This document shows positions 41,228-52,304 of a stretch of 64,000 bases of DNA, piece by piece. A program made the position numbers and the translations under genes. Numbering within the stretch: the stretch's first letter is position 1; each line of letters opens with the position of its first letter. Source of the stretch: an uncultured delta proteobacterium (GTDB lineage Bacteria > Myxococcota_A > Polyangia > Fen-1088); contig CAVYGB010000008.1 in assembly GCA_963767925.1 (NCBI GenBank), positions 832,001-896,000 on the forward strand. Direction: 5' to 3'. The notes beneath the pieces were generated by a model. It saw nothing but the letters and a program-made list of their open reading frames with translations. It did not search any database and was not told the DNA's origin.

Positions 41228-42130
41228 TTACGGGTTGGAGCCTGAGTTGGCCTGGCGGTCGTCCCACTCTTTGCTGAGCTGCTGAGCAGCGAACTGCTGC
41301 TTGGTGATGTAGGTGCCATCCGGGTTGATTCCGGCGGGCTCGCGCGACATGACCTCGGTCATCTCGGCTTTGGCCTGCGCTTCGGAGATCTCGCCACTCT
41401 TGTACCGCTCGTAGATGGCGATGTATTCGTCGTCGAATTTCCCCCGGATGCCGACGTCCGGCCCGTCCTCGGTCGCGCCGTCGGTGTACATGATCTCGTC
41501 GCGGGCGCGGGCGTTCTCGAAGGCGGCCGCACCCTCGTGCTCCATCAGCGGCTGCACGTTCTTCGAGACGTATTCGCTCTTGGTGTCGTAGTCCACCCGC
41601 TCAGGGAAGGGCGTGGCTGCATGACCGATCTCGTGGGCCAGCAGAGAGGCGAGGTCGTGGCCGCCCTTGGCCAGGTCCTGCTCGTCGATGTAGATCTTCT
41701 TCTCGTTCGGGTCGGCTTCCGATCCGCTGCCGTACGGGACGATCTTGATCTCCCAGTTGTTGGCTTTTGCCTCGGCCCACTGCTGTCGCAGGGTCGGGCT
41801 GCGGTTGATGACGTCATCAATCTTTGCGCCCAGACCTGTCTTGACCGGCGGCGGCTCCGCGCTGGCCGGGGGTGCTGGCGGCGGAGCTTCGACCTCCGGG
41901 GTGGTCGGCGTCTGGGACGTGGGGTTCGCCGGCTGTGGGTTTCCACCACCACCGCCGCCGCCCCCGAAGTAGGGGTGGTTCGTGGCGGGTGGGTCCACGC
42001 CGTCGACGTGCCAGATCGAGTCCGGGTCCGGCGCCTCGAGTGGCGCCTGCTCGATCACTTCTATGGAGACGAAGCTGCCATCTACCGGGAGTGGGGTGCC
42101 TTGACCAGTGACGGAGTTGATACCTGACAT
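41228..42130 (-). CDS. HEXXH metallopeptidase-like protein, copy 2
   Basis: LAHEIGHA; highly similar to 26872-27771. Confidence 0.75.
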   Translation of the reverse strand: MSGINSVTGQGTPLPVDGSFVSIEVIEQAPLEAPDPDSIWHVDGVDPPATNHPYFGGGGGGGGNPQPANPTSQTPTTPEVEAPPPAPPASAEPPPVKTGLGAKIDDVINRSPTLRQQWAEAKANNWEIKIVPYGSGSEADPNEKKIYIDEQDLAKGGHDLASLLAHEIGHAATPFPERVDYDTKSEYVSKNVQPLMEHEGAAAFENARARDEIMYTDGATEDGPDVGIRGKFDDEYIAIYERYKSGEISEAQAKAEMTEVMSREPAGINPDGTYITKQQFAAQQLSKEWDDRQANSGSNP

Positions 42131-42429
42131 GCGAAGTTCTCCTGGAAATTAACCACCTGTACAGAGTTGTCGGCGCGCGTTTGCAGTGTTGCCAAAATTC
42201 GTCTCGGCTGCGTGAGCGTTCATGGTTGGATCGACGAAGGTGCGGGTTCGTCGACCGCAGCCGGGCGAGTTTCGGCGGGACGCGTCAGAGTCCGTGGGGC
42301 AACTTTCCTTCCTTCTAACGCGATGATGGCGGAACTGCACGGGTCGATGGCCGCGACGTCAGCACGCTGGGCCCCGGCGCTGTACTGGCTCCTGGCCGGC
42401 AAGCCCAGCGGCTCTCGGGCCCGCGACCC

Positions 42430-43308
42430 TCAGTTGTCGGCGCTGGCGGCGCAGCGGAAGCCGGCGTCGGACACCACGTAGGGCTTCGTGGGGTTGTTGC
42501 GGTTGTAGATGCGGGAAAAGAACTCGTCGTCGCGCCAACCGCCGCCCTTGATGACGTGGCCGCGGGCGCCGGGGCACCTCCTCTGGCCGGGGCAGGGGCC
42601 GCGTGGGTCGCGGCCAGCGCCGCCTTTCTTCGATTCCGCGGAGATATACCAGTCGCTGACCCACTCGGGGACATTGCCCGTGAGGTCGCAGAGCCCTTCG
42701 GCGGAGTTGCCCTTGGGGCGGCTGCAAACTGGGCGGGTGAAGGGCCTCGCGGCCGGCCGATCGGCGGCGCAGGGGTCGGGATTCTCATCCGTGATCGTGA
42801 CGGCCTGCTGGCAACCGGGAGTAGCGGGATTGAAGCCCCAGGGGAACACGCGGCCGTCGGCGATTGGACCAAGGGCCGCCCGCTCCCACTCTGCCTCGGT
42901 TGGAAGGCGCATCCCCACCCAGCGGCAATAGGCCTCGGCCTGCCCCCAGAGCACGCCGGTCACCGGGTGCTGGTCGCGTGCGGGGAGCCGCGAATTCACA
43001 TCGCCAGCCGGATTTGCTGCGATCTCCGTGCAGGCCCCCGCGGCCACGCATCGCTGGTAGGCCGCCACGGTAACCTCGGTGCGGTCGATGCGGAATGGAT
43101 CCAGACAGACCCGCCGGGCGGGCCCGGACAGGCCCTTCCGACAGCCGAGCTTCAACCCGCACCCCACCACGATACAGCCCCCCGGAATGGGCACCATCTC
43201 CGCCCCAGTGGGTTTCACTTCCGACGCTGGCTGCGCTGCTCGCGCGGGCGCGGTCGCGAGCTGTGCCGCAACGGCCACACCTGCCAGCCAGCCGCGGTTG
43301 CTCGGCAT
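42430..43308 (-). CDS. Exported FGE-sulfatase (SUMF1/EgtB/PvdO-like) domain protein
   Basis: Signal peptide; F.IDRTEVT, RLPTEAEWE.AA, DLTGNV.EW, GFRC. Confidence 0.88.
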   Translation of the reverse strand: MPSNRGWLAGVAVAAQLATAPARAAQPASEVKPTGAEMVPIPGGCIVVGCGLKLGCRKGLSGPARRVCLDPFRIDRTEVTVAAYQRCVAAGACTEIAANPAGDVNSRLPARDQHPVTGVLWGQAEAYCRWVGMRLPTEAEWERAALGPIADGRVFPWGFNPATPGCQQAVTITDENPDPCAADRPAARPFTRPVCSRPKGNSAEGLCDLTGNVPEWVSDWYISAESKKGGAGRDPRGPCPGQRRCPGARGHVIKGGGWRDDEFFSRIYNRNNPTKPYVVSDAGFRCAASADN

Positions 43309-44591
43309 CAGCGATATAGCTCCGGGTGGCGCAGGCGAAGGACCTCGTCGCGGCGTTGTTCCAGAGCCGGGCGAGCGGCAGCAGGCAGGTCAGGGGAGGC
43401 GAGGGCGTTCTGCAGGTCCTGGTAGTAGCGATCCAGCTGGGGATCGCGTGCGCCCGCAGCCAGCGTGCGCCGGCCGTCCTGGTATTCGGCCCAGACCCCT
43501 TGGCTGGCCCGCAGCGCGTTCTCGGCGTCGACCCACGTGACGCTCGGGAACTTCTGTTCGCCGTCGGCGACGTTCCAGGATGCCGCGTTCTTCCCAACTG
43601 GGTCCACCGCGCTGGGGTCGTCGCCGTCGGTGCGGCTGGCCCAGGTGCGCAGGTGGGCAGGGGCGCCGGACTCGGCTAGCGGGCTTGTGTGGCTGTAGGC
43701 CCAGAAGCTCTTCAAGTTGGGGAAGTCCTGCCGGAACTGGTCGAGCTCGGTGGGCTTGGCGGAGTAGCAGGACGACATCGCCAGGTGCTCGATCTTGCCG
43801 GCTCCCTCAGGAAAGATCCTGGCGATGTCCCGGATCGTCTGGTGTTCGATCCAGCCCGAGCCGCCGTCGCCGCTGACCGAGCGGCCACTGCCGTGGCCGG
43901 AGATGACCAGTCGGTTGGCCGCGAGGTCGCCGGTGCCCACCCGATGCAGCGCCAACGCGAGCTGGGCGAGCTCGTCCCGCGTGTTCACTTCGGCCCGCCC
44001 GAGTTGGTCGACCAGGGCGTCGGCGCGCGAGGCCGGGACCTTGTCGGGGCCGGCGACCAGGGCGTCACGGAAAGCCTTGCGGCCGACGTCGGTGCCGAGG
44101 TCGAAGCGGCGGCCATCGTAGTCGACCCTGCCTTCCGAGGCGTAGGCCTTGATGGCGTGCACGCCGCCGGTTCCGGCCGGCGTCTCCGACCGCAGCGCCT
44201 GCACCTCCCGATCCGACGCCGGCCGCATCCCGAGGTGGACGATCCCCTGGGACTGCGCGGCCAGGCGCCGGCTGGCCACCTCTTCCTTGAGCTTTTCGTA
44301 GGCCGCGCCGGCCATGGTGGGGGCAGCTGCCGGGGCCTCACTCTGCCTGTGAGCGAACGACTGCGACGATCCGTTCGAGTCGACCTGGTCCAGCAGGTCG
44401 AACAGGGCGCCCATCTCTCGGGCTCCTCGGATCTGCGCGTCCGGGCCGGCGACCTTCTGCAGGTCGGCCGGGTCCAGCCCGGCATCCAACAGCTTCTTTT
44501 GCAGGTCCGGCGGCAGATCGTTGATGTTGAGAGAGCCGCCGTCGGCCCCGAGCTCCCGGATGAACTGCCCGCGGTTGATGGTGTTCGACAT
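43308..44591 (-). CDS. Hypothetical protein with caspase-hemoglobinase (clan CD)-like His/Cys motifs
   Basis: LVISGHG and LAMSSCYS; TGATG coupling to the FGE gene. Confidence 0.6.
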   Translation of the reverse strand: MSNTINRGQFIRELGADGGSLNINDLPPDLQKKLLDAGLDPADLQKVAGPDAQIRGAREMGALFDLLDQVDSNGSSQSFAHRQSEAPAAAPTMAGAAYEKLKEEVASRRLAAQSQGIVHLGMRPASDREVQALRSETPAGTGGVHAIKAYASEGRVDYDGRRFDLGTDVGRKAFRDALVAGPDKVPASRADALVDQLGRAEVNTRDELAQLALALHRVGTGDLAANRLVISGHGSGRSVSGDGGSGWIEHQTIRDIARIFPEGAGKIEHLAMSSCYSAKPTELDQFRQDFPNLKSFWAYSHTSPLAESGAPAHLRTWASRTDGDDPSAVDPVGKNAASWNVADGEQKFPSVTWVDAENALRASQGVWAEYQDGRRTLAAGARDPQLDRYYQDLQNALASPDLPAAARPALEQRRDEVLRLRHPELYR

Positions 44592-44871
44592 GCCCCTAAT
44601 CCTTCCGCGATTGCCACCGCTGGTCCTTTGTCGGACCCGGACCCGCGCCGGTTGCTTGTCAGCCTATCACGCGGTGCAGGGTCCCCAGCACCCGTTCGGT
44701 TTGCGGACACGAGCGCTCCGAGGCGAGACCCCCAGTCGCGGGCGGCATGAGCGTTCGATCCCCCACTTGATCCCCCACTCGTGCGTGACGGAGCGTGACG
44801 CTCCCTGACCTCTTGTGACGGTAAGTCCCCGTCACGACACGAGTTCCTGCTGGATTTCAGGGGGCTACAAT

Positions 44872-44929
44872 AGATTCAGGTTCTGGTGATCGAAAGATTG
44901 TGGGAGTTCGATTCTCCCCGACCGCACCA
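44872..44929 (+). repeat. att repeat: tRNA-Leu 3' part, copy 3 (ends CCA)
   Basis: Identical to the tRNA from AGATTCAGG to ACCGCACC. Confidence 0.95.
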
Positions 44930-44957
44930 CAGAGATCAGCTAGTTAGAGCTGGTCTC

Positions 44958-45123
44958 TCAGCGCGCCGTGGGGGAAGGAGAGGGTGCCCCCCCGCCTGAT
45001 CCCCCACTTGGGGGGTCTGCCAGGGCCACGAGCTGCGCGATCCTCCCCACCGCCGCCAGCTTCTCCTCCCGCCCGACGTGGCTGTAGTGCTCGGTCATCG
45101 CCTCGGTCACGTGCCCGGTCATG
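44958..45123 (-). pseudogene. 3' remnant of integrase homologous to 34676-35863
   Basis: MTGHVTEAMTEHYSHVGREEKLAAVGRIAQLVALA matches the intact int. Confidence 0.9.
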
Positions 45124-45459
45124 AGATCGAAGAGGAAGGCTCTCATCGCGAGCTACGTGGCCATTTGGGGTCCGACGGAGTTCGGCGGTGGTCTCGCCCA
45201 GTGGCGTGTACCACAGGCAGCTGGACGTCTCCCAGCAGATCGCCGTACGCGAAGCGGTCAAGCAGGCGCCCATGCTCGCCAGCCGACGTCGGTGTCCGCG
45301 AAGACGGGAGTGCGGTCGGACCCGACGTCGGGCTTGCGACCCGTAAAGCCAGGCGCACCGCGGGCGGCGCACCGTTTCCGCCTCAAATTGACCGGGCCGG
45401 CGGGCTCCGTGTACCGTCCTCGGCCTGATCCAGCGCGCGTGTGCGCCCCAGGGAGAGCC

Positions 45460-46125
45460 GTGAACAGCCTGATCGCCGACGTGTTGCCCGCTGGCTGTGT
45501 GCTGGCGGTCTGCGAGCCTTCGGTCGCCGGCCTCGTGTCGGAGCTGCCGCCGGAGGAAAAGTCCTACATCGCCGGGGCGGCGTTGAAGCGCCAGAGGGAA
45601 TTTGCCGCCGGACGATTTGCTGCCCGTCGCTGCCTGGTCCAGCTGGGGCTGCCGCCGGTCTCCTTGCCGGTCGGCAAGGGCCGTGAGCCCTGCTGGCCTC
45701 CCCACGTCACAGGGAGCATTTTCCACACGACCGGATATTGCGTGGCAGTCGCCGCCCGGCTCTCGTCCATCGCGAGCATCGGAGTAGACGCCGAAGCTGA
45801 GGTCCACCTGGAGACCGCCCTCTGGGACCTGGTTCTGACGGAAAGAGAGCGGGCATGGGTCGAGTCGCTGTCGCCAGAGATCCGCGGGGTAGGGGCCAAG
45901 GTCGTCTTCTCTGCCAAGGAGAGCGTCTACAAGTGCCAGTACCCGATCACGCGGACCTTCCTCGAGTTTCGCGAAGTGGAGGTCGAATGTGAGCCGACTG
46001 CGGCCCGACTCGTCTCGGGACGCTTTGTCGCGCACCTCCCGATCGTGCCGTGCCCGCCGCTGCGCGGATTCTGGAGATCCAGCGAGCAACGGGTAGACAC
46101 CGTGACCTGGTTGCCACTTGCTTGA
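45460..46125 (+). CDS. 4'-phosphopantetheinyl transferase (EntD/Sfp-like)
   Basis: KRQREFAAGR..AR, P.WP..V.GSI.H, IGVDAE, FSAKESVYK. Confidence 0.88.
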   Translation: MNSLIADVLPAGCVLAVCEPSVAGLVSELPPEEKSYIAGAALKRQREFAAGRFAARRCLVQLGLPPVSLPVGKGREPCWPPHVTGSIFHTTGYCVAVAARLSSIASIGVDAEAEVHLETALWDLVLTERERAWVESLSPEIRGVGAKVVFSAKESVYKCQYPITRTFLEFREVEVECEPTAARLVSGRFVAHLPIVPCPPLRGFWRSSEQRVDTVTWLPLA

Positions 46126-46699
46126 CGGGTCCGAGGTCCGCGGACGGACGGGCGGCCGCGACGGCCTGGACCCTGGGATCCCCGTTCGAACGTTCCCGGC
46201 GAGCTGCCCGGGATCAAGACCCGGAACCCCTGCATGACCGCCGTCGGCCGCCCGCCTACCGCTTAAGCTGGAGCGGGGCTCAAGACCTGCAACACGCCGC
46301 CCACGCTGATGGTCTTCAAGAAGCCGGTGCGCCTGGCTTCGTAGAGCGAGCGCCTGTCGGCAACCCGACCACCGCCGGCAGGGACAGCGCCAGCACACCC
46401 GCACGAACAGCAAGGTCTGCAGCAACCGCCGCGGGGACCGCGACCGGATCATCACCGCAGCGCGAGCAGGATGGCGGCGCCGGTCGCCACGCCCATCGCC
46501 GCCATGGCATCCAGTTTCGCGCACCCGGCGACGTTCAGCAGGGTCGGCGACCCACATGCCCTGAGGAAGGAGCCCGAAGGATGACGACGACCTTTTCGCG
46601 CGCGATCATCGTGGCAGCGGCCGGGTGCCTGCTGGGCCCGGCCTGCGGAGACGGCGGCGACCCGCCCTTGGCCACTGGCAACCAGCCGCGGTCGAGGGT

Positions 46700-47352
46700 G
46701 CCGGACCTGGTCACCCGCCTGGGGCCGAGGTCGATCCGGCGCAGCGGGGAGGAGGTGGCCATCTTCCAGCGCCCGGGACGGCCGCTGGTGCTGTTCTTCC
46801 ACACCCACGGCGCCGACGCCGACCGCAGGGTCGTCGACCGGGGGGGTGCGCTTCGAGGTCGATCCGGTCCGCCAGATCGTGCTGCAGCGACGGGAGGGGA
46901 CCGACGACGAGGTGTTCGCCCCCAACCCCACCGAGGCGCTGGGACGTTTCCTCGTCGATCTGCACGTGCAGCTGCTGATCCCCGAGCCGGTGGGCCTGTA
47001 CGCGACGGGGGTGGTGGGCGTCGGGCTGCTGGTCTTGCTGGTGACCGAGGTGGTGGGTGCACCGGCGGTTCTTCCGGGAGGCTTTTCAGGTCCGCTGGCC
47101 AGCTGGCGCCGTCGGCTGCTGCGCGACCTGCACACCGTGACCGGGGTGGCTGTGCCTTACGGGGCCGTGCTGGCCTTCACCGGCGCCTTCTTCAGCTTCG
47201 GAGACGCCGTCGTGCTGCCCGCGCTGGCCTCGCTCAGGCTCACGTCCACCCGGGCCCCCGTCTCGCCCAAGTGGGCCACACCCAGAAAGCCCACCTCGGC
47301 CTCCGGCGCCCGCCGGGAAGCCGTGCGGCCAGGCAGTCTGGCAACAGGCTGA
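46700..47352 (+). pseudogene. PepSY-associated TM-helix protein fragment
   Basis: FLVDLHVQLL and RDLH..TG His-helix motifs; frame-broken. Confidence 0.55.
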
Positions 47353-47666
47353 ACGTCGGCTGCGCCGCCGCACAGTAGTACCGCGCCACGCGCATCCCCA
47401 CCGGCTCCACCGGCCCGTAGGTCAATGACGGCGGAGCCCGCAATCCGCCGTCCCGTGCACCGGGCATCGGTCGAGCCTTGCTGCTGCCAGTTCCTCCCGC
47501 TTAACGCGGACTCGAAGCGAACGTGTTCGCATGGTCACCTGCGCGGGTTGCGCGTCGGTATTTGGCAAGAATCCATGGCGTCAACAACCGGGTCAGGTAA
47601 AATTGACTCGCCGTTGAGACCCGCTGGATTCGCAACTTTCCGGGATCTCGTCGCGCCTGAGGCCGC

Positions 47667-48764
47667 ATGAACATCATCTTCGACGGTTGCTTCTGGGGCG
47701 GTCGGGAACGTGGGGTCGCGACCTCGACCCGCCGGCTGTTCGAGTCGCTGGTCGACCTCGGCTCGAGCCACCTGGTGAGAGCCCTGGTTCCACAGCGCTC
47801 CGTTGTGTCCGCCTCGGCTCACCAGGTCCTGACCATCGGCCCCGAACCTCTGGCGGGATTGAAGCGGATGTTCTGGCAGCAGCTCGTGCTCCCCGGCCTG
47901 CTCGCGCGCGAACGGGCGGATCTGCTGGTCGCGACCTGCTACACGGCCCCCGCCATCCCGGCGGTCCCCTATGTGCTTGTCGTTCACGACCTGCTGGCCC
48001 GCAACCGTCCGACGTTGTGCCGGCCACTCGCGCGTCTGAATGCGCGCGTGCTGCTCCGATGGAGCGTTCGCCGGGCGACCCTGGTGTTCGTCCCCTCGGA
48101 GGTCATCAAGGCCGAGCTGCTCGACTACACCGGCGCGCCGTCCGAAAGGGTGCAGGTTCTGCCCTGGGCGGTTGACCGCGACCTGCGGCCAGTGCCGGGC
48201 GAGGCGGCGCGGGCGCAGGTTCGCCAGCGGTTCGCGCTGGCCAACGACTTCGTCCTCTTCGTGGGCGCCATCGAGCCCAAGAAGAATCTGGAACCCCTCA
48301 TCCGGGCCTGCAATCGGATCGCGGTCCAGCTCGTGCTCGTCGGACCCACCACGCCAGAGGGACGCCACCTTGAGCCGCTGATCCGCCGCTGCCCGGTGGC
48401 GCGCCACCTCGGCTACGTGTCGGCGGACCAACTCAGCGCCCTTTATGCCAGTGCCGCCGCGGTGGTTCTGCCGTCCACGGCGGAGGGGTATGGGATGCCC
48501 GCGGTCGAGGCCATGTTTTGCGGTGCACCCGTCGTGGCCTCGGACATCCCGACGCTCAAGGAGGTCTGCGCCGGGGCAGCGCTGCATTTTGCCAGCCAGG
48601 ACGACGACGGCCTGACGAGGGCGCTCGAGCGCATCCTCGGAGATCGCCCGCTGCGCACCAGTCTGATCGCTGCCGGTCGCGCGCGAGCCCGGGCGCTGAC
48701 CTGGCCAGGGGTTGCCCGGACGTTCATGCAACACATCGAATCGGTTTCGCGACCCACGGAATGA
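47667..48764 (+). CDS. GT4 family glycosyltransferase
   Basis: VHDL, FVGAIEPKKN, EGYGMPAVEAM.CG.PVVASD. Confidence 0.9.
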   Translation: MNIIFDGCFWGGRERGVATSTRRLFESLVDLGSSHLVRALVPQRSVVSASAHQVLTIGPEPLAGLKRMFWQQLVLPGLLARERADLLVATCYTAPAIPAVPYVLVVHDLLARNRPTLCRPLARLNARVLLRWSVRRATLVFVPSEVIKAELLDYTGAPSERVQVLPWAVDRDLRPVPGEAARAQVRQRFALANDFVLFVGAIEPKKNLEPLIRACNRIAVQLVLVGPTTPEGRHLEPLIRRCPVARHLGYVSADQLSALYASAAAVVLPSTAEGYGMPAVEAMFCGAPVVASDIPTLKEVCAGAALHFASQDDDGLTRALERILGDRPLRTSLIAAGRARARALTWPGVARTFMQHIESVSRPTE

Positions 48765-48788
48765 GGCGGTCGGGGGACGCCCGGGGCG

Positions 48789-49397
48789 TCAACGGAAGGC
48801 ATAGCCGGTCGTGACGATCAGGCGGGTGAGCGAACGCGATCCCGCTGCCGTCGCCTCCGCCCGGATTCCAGCGTCCCACCTGCCGAGTGGCACATCCAGG
48901 CCGGTCGTCAGAATGGCTCGCGCCGAGCCGCCCGCCATGGGCACCGCGCCCGATGCGCCAGCCGTGAATCGCAGCGGGCCCACCGGCGGAAACGTGCTGC
49001 TGATGCCCCCGGTGATCTCGGATGAGGTCATCAGATTCACGACGGCACCCGGCGCGGATCCGTGACCTGCGTGGTGGCTCGACGGCCCGAGGGCGCGTCC
49101 ATTCCCGAGCTCGCGTCCATATCCCAGCTTCGCAGCCACACCGAGATGGCGCCAGGACATGCTGGTCCAGATACCTGCCATCAGCATGGGGTGTCCCATC
49201 CCGAGCCGCTTGCCGGCATCGCCGAGTGGCACGGACCCCGAGAGCACGATACCGCCGGATGGCGCCCCGCTTCGTCGCCCGAACGCCACGATCGCGACCG
49301 ACACGGCGGGATCACCGGGTCCGCACACTGTCGCACGCTCCGACTGCAGGTGATACGCCGGCTTCCAGCCGAATCGATTCGGAAACCGGGTCACCAT
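48789..49397 (-). pseudogene. Probable 5'-truncated outer-membrane beta-barrel-like protein
   Basis: Alternating beta-strand pattern, C-terminal GYAFR, no leader. Confidence 0.35.
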
Positions 49398-49404
49398 TCG
49401 CGGT

Positions 49405-50709
49405 GTGACGCTGCCCTGTCTGGTGAATCCAGAGCACCATCAGCTGCACGCCGCTGCCACGTATTATACGTCTCCCTTCGAATCGGCGATGATCATGGCC
49501 CTCGATCCAGGCGGGGGGCGCTTTTACCGGGGCCGAGGCCACATGATTCATCCCGTCCATGTGCCCGGTGTGCGGCTCACCGCCAACGTGGCTTACGCGT
49601 CCGTGGCTACCCGATTGTTCGGGTCCGGCATCGTCGGGGCGGGGAAGGTCATGGGACTGGCTCCTTTCGGGGGCGTTTCCCCCGGGGAGCCGGTGGACTA
49701 CAACCGGATGACCACCATCGAGGAGCTCTATGCCCTGGCGGCCCGCGAGCCGGTCATCCTGTACGAGAAGAGTCGGCCCCTGAATGCGACCTTGGCCTTC
49801 CACGTGCAGCGCGGACTGGAGATCCAGCTTACCGAGTCGTTGCAGGCTCTCTTCCGGATGTCGGCCCGCCTGGGCACCGAGCCCAGCCTGTGCTTGAGCG
49901 GCGGCACGGCCTTGAACTCCGCCGCGAACCAGGTCGCCTTCGCCGCTTCGGGATTCGAACGGCTGCACCTCTACCCAGCTTGCGGCGACGACGGAACGGC
50001 AGTGGGAGCGGCGCTCTGGTACTGGCATCACGTCACGGGGCGACCGCGCCGTGCGTTCTGCAACCGCGAGCTCATGTATTCGGTGAGGACGTATGAGGAC
50101 AGGATCGACCAGAGCCTGGCGGCGCAGGGCGACCGCCTCAACGTGGAGCGTGTGGACGACTACCTTGACAGGGCCGCGGAGTTGATCGCGCAAGGGAAGA
50201 TCATCGGCTGGTTTCAAGGTGCGAGCGAGGTTGGTCCACGGGCCCTGGGAAACCGAAGCATTCTGGCTGACCCTCGCCGGAGCGAGATGAAGGACGCCTT
50301 GAATTCCCGGGTGAAGTTCCGGGAGGGGTTCAGGCCATTCGCCCCTTCCGTGCTCAAGGAGCGTGGCCAGGAGTGGTTCGGCCTGGAGGACAGCCCCTTC
50401 ATGCTGCGGGTCGCTCCGGTGCTGAAGAGGGGAATCCCTGCCGTGACCCACGTGGACGGGACAGCCCGCGTTCAGACGGTGGACCAGCGAGACAACCCCG
50501 CCTTTTACGATTTGATAGAGAGGTTCGAAGCCAAGACCGGGGTCCCGTTGATCCTCAACACCTCTTTCAACATCCGTGGCGAGCCGATCGTCGAGACGCC
50601 CGAACACGCGATCAACGCGCTCTTGGAGAGCGACCTCGACCATCTGGTCTTCCAGCGGCGAATCGTGAGAAGGGCCGATTCGGTCTGGCCGAGTGTCGCC
50701 GCCGCATGA
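49405..50709 (+). pseudogene. NodU/CmcH carbamoyltransferase lacking its N-terminus
   Basis: Begins at EHH..HAA; GKVMGLA, LSGG.ALN, GPRALGNRS, LNTSFN. Confidence 0.8.
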
Positions 50710-50859
50710 GGAGGAGGGCTCTATCGCTCGAGGCTGGCACCGAGGTGTCGCGTCGACGCATGAAACGGCAGGAGCCGGCGTGGTGCCGAAGATCTGTCTC
50801 TTCCTGAGGCTCGGCGACCCGGCCATACCCGAGCTGCCGGGTCTGGGGGATCTGATCAG

Positions 50860-51244
50860 TCGGAACTTCGGCATGCGCCTCATCCGCCGACGCTGGCCAG
50901 ATCTCCAGAACCGCCGCCAGCATCGACTCGTCGAATCCAGCCGGCACAACGATCCGCGCACCACCAACCTCGACCTGCAGCGGCGCTGGCGTCAGCGTCG
51001 TCCGGCTGCCTGCGCCAGAGGAAGCCCGCTTCGGGACTCGTACTACGCGCAGAAGGCGCATCCGGGTTGCCGCCACCTTCTTCGGCGCACGGCTAGCCGG
51101 ACGCCGACGTGTCTTGCCAAGCCGCCACCCCCAGTGCCGAAGAAGTCCTGCAGAAAATCCCTTCCCTGCGCAGAAGTCTTCGGACTTCTGGCCGCTCGCC
51201 CGCGATGCCTCTATCCGCGCTGCCCATTCGGTTGCTGTCGCCAT
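50860..51244 (-). mobile_element. IS66 TnpA-like remnant
   Basis: W..RI...RASG....FC...G.....L..W; I.VP.GFD...L. Confidence 0.65.
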
Positions 51245-51461
51245 GGCATCCAGGATGCCGGGCACCGCTCAACTTGAGTAGAACGGGGTCCGTGCACCGG
51301 GTACCCCGCTCACGTGGCTGACTTCCTCAAGGGCGCGGGATCTTTCCAGCGGAGCCTGGCCGCGTACGAGCGATTGGCCCGCGATCGTGCGAGCCATCCA
51401 TCCACCGAGCCCCCGCCGCCCAAGCGGCGCGGGGATCCCGACGACGAAGACGGAGGAGCGC

Positions 51462-52304
51462 ATGGCTAGCGAAGAAATGGATCGCCTGTACGAGCACCTG
51501 CGCAGGATCGGGCTGCGCCACGCCGCCCAGAATCTGGACGAGCACATTCGACAGGCCGCCGCGCTCAAGCTCGGGCACCTCGCGTTCATTGCACGCATCG
51601 CCGAGGCGGAGGTGTTGGCACGCAAGGAGACGGGCACACAAAAACGGATCAGCCAGGCCGACTTCCCCGAGATTTGTCGGCTGGAAGACTACGATTTCAA
51701 GAAGCAGCCGAGCCTCGACCGCAAGCAGGTGCTCGACCTCGCCGAGCTGGGCTTTGTCGACCGCCGTCAGGCCGTTCTGTGGATCGGCCCGAGCGGCGTG
51801 GGCAAGACCCATCTGGCGGTGAGCCTCGGTGTGCGCGCGTGTCAGGCTGGCTACCGCGTGCGCTTCTGCCGCGCCTACGAGCTGTTGACCCGCCTCTACG
51901 CCTCGCTCGCCGACGACACGCTCGACCAGATCCTCGACGAGATGTGCAAGCCGGATCTATTGATTGTGGACGAGCTAGGAAACAGTCCCCGCAAGCGCGA
52001 GCACGACTTCGCCGGCGTCTTCTTCGAGCTCGTCGCCCGCCGATACCGTCGCGGATCGATCATCCTCGCCACCAACCTCGGCTTCGAGGAGTGGCCACAG
52101 GCGCTCGGCAGTCCCTCCCAGGTCACACCCGCCCTCGACCGCCTCATCGAGGGCGCGCACATCTTCACCTTCCCCAAAGACGCCAAGAGCTTCCGCGTCG
52201 ATCGAGACTCGTCCCCCGGCCCACTGCCGCCGAAGCGAGGTCGACGTCCCTCCGGCCATCGCGGCCACCGAGACGCCGACCGGAAGCGCCCGGAGCAATG
52301 GTGA
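51462..52304 (+). CDS. istB: IstB-like ATPase of a partial IS21 element (end near 52845)
   Basis: GPSGVGKTHLA, LLIVDELG, ATN, ALDRL; no istA upstream. Confidence 0.85.
   Translation: MASEEMDRLYEHLRRIGLRHAAQNLDEHIRQAAALKLGHLAFIARIAEAEVLARKETGTQKRISQADFPEICRLEDYDFKKQPSLDRKQVLDLAELGFVDRRQAVLWIGPSGVGKTHLAVSLGVRACQAGYRVRFCRAYELLTRLYASLADDTLDQILDEMCKPDLLIVDELGNSPRKREHDFAGVFFELVARRYRRGSIILATNLGFEEWPQALGSPSQVTPALDRLIEGAHIFTFPKDAKSFRVDRDSSPGPLPPKRGRRPSGHRGHRDADRKRPEQW

Larger units (their letters stand above)
34484..44871. mobile_element. tRNA-Leu-integrated cassette 2 (integrase-bearing, type B ends)
   Basis: Flanked by att copies; int and xis-like genes; GATCCCCCAC pairs at both ends. Confidence 0.85.

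Noticed and set aside
42165..42200. Sigma54 promoter-like GG...TTGC upstream of effector-like genes
   Set aside because: Spacing is GG-N9-GC rather than the required N10.
42430..43308. DGR target (FGE/CLec fold)
   Set aside because: No reverse transcriptase and no template repeat of the 3' end were seen in the window.
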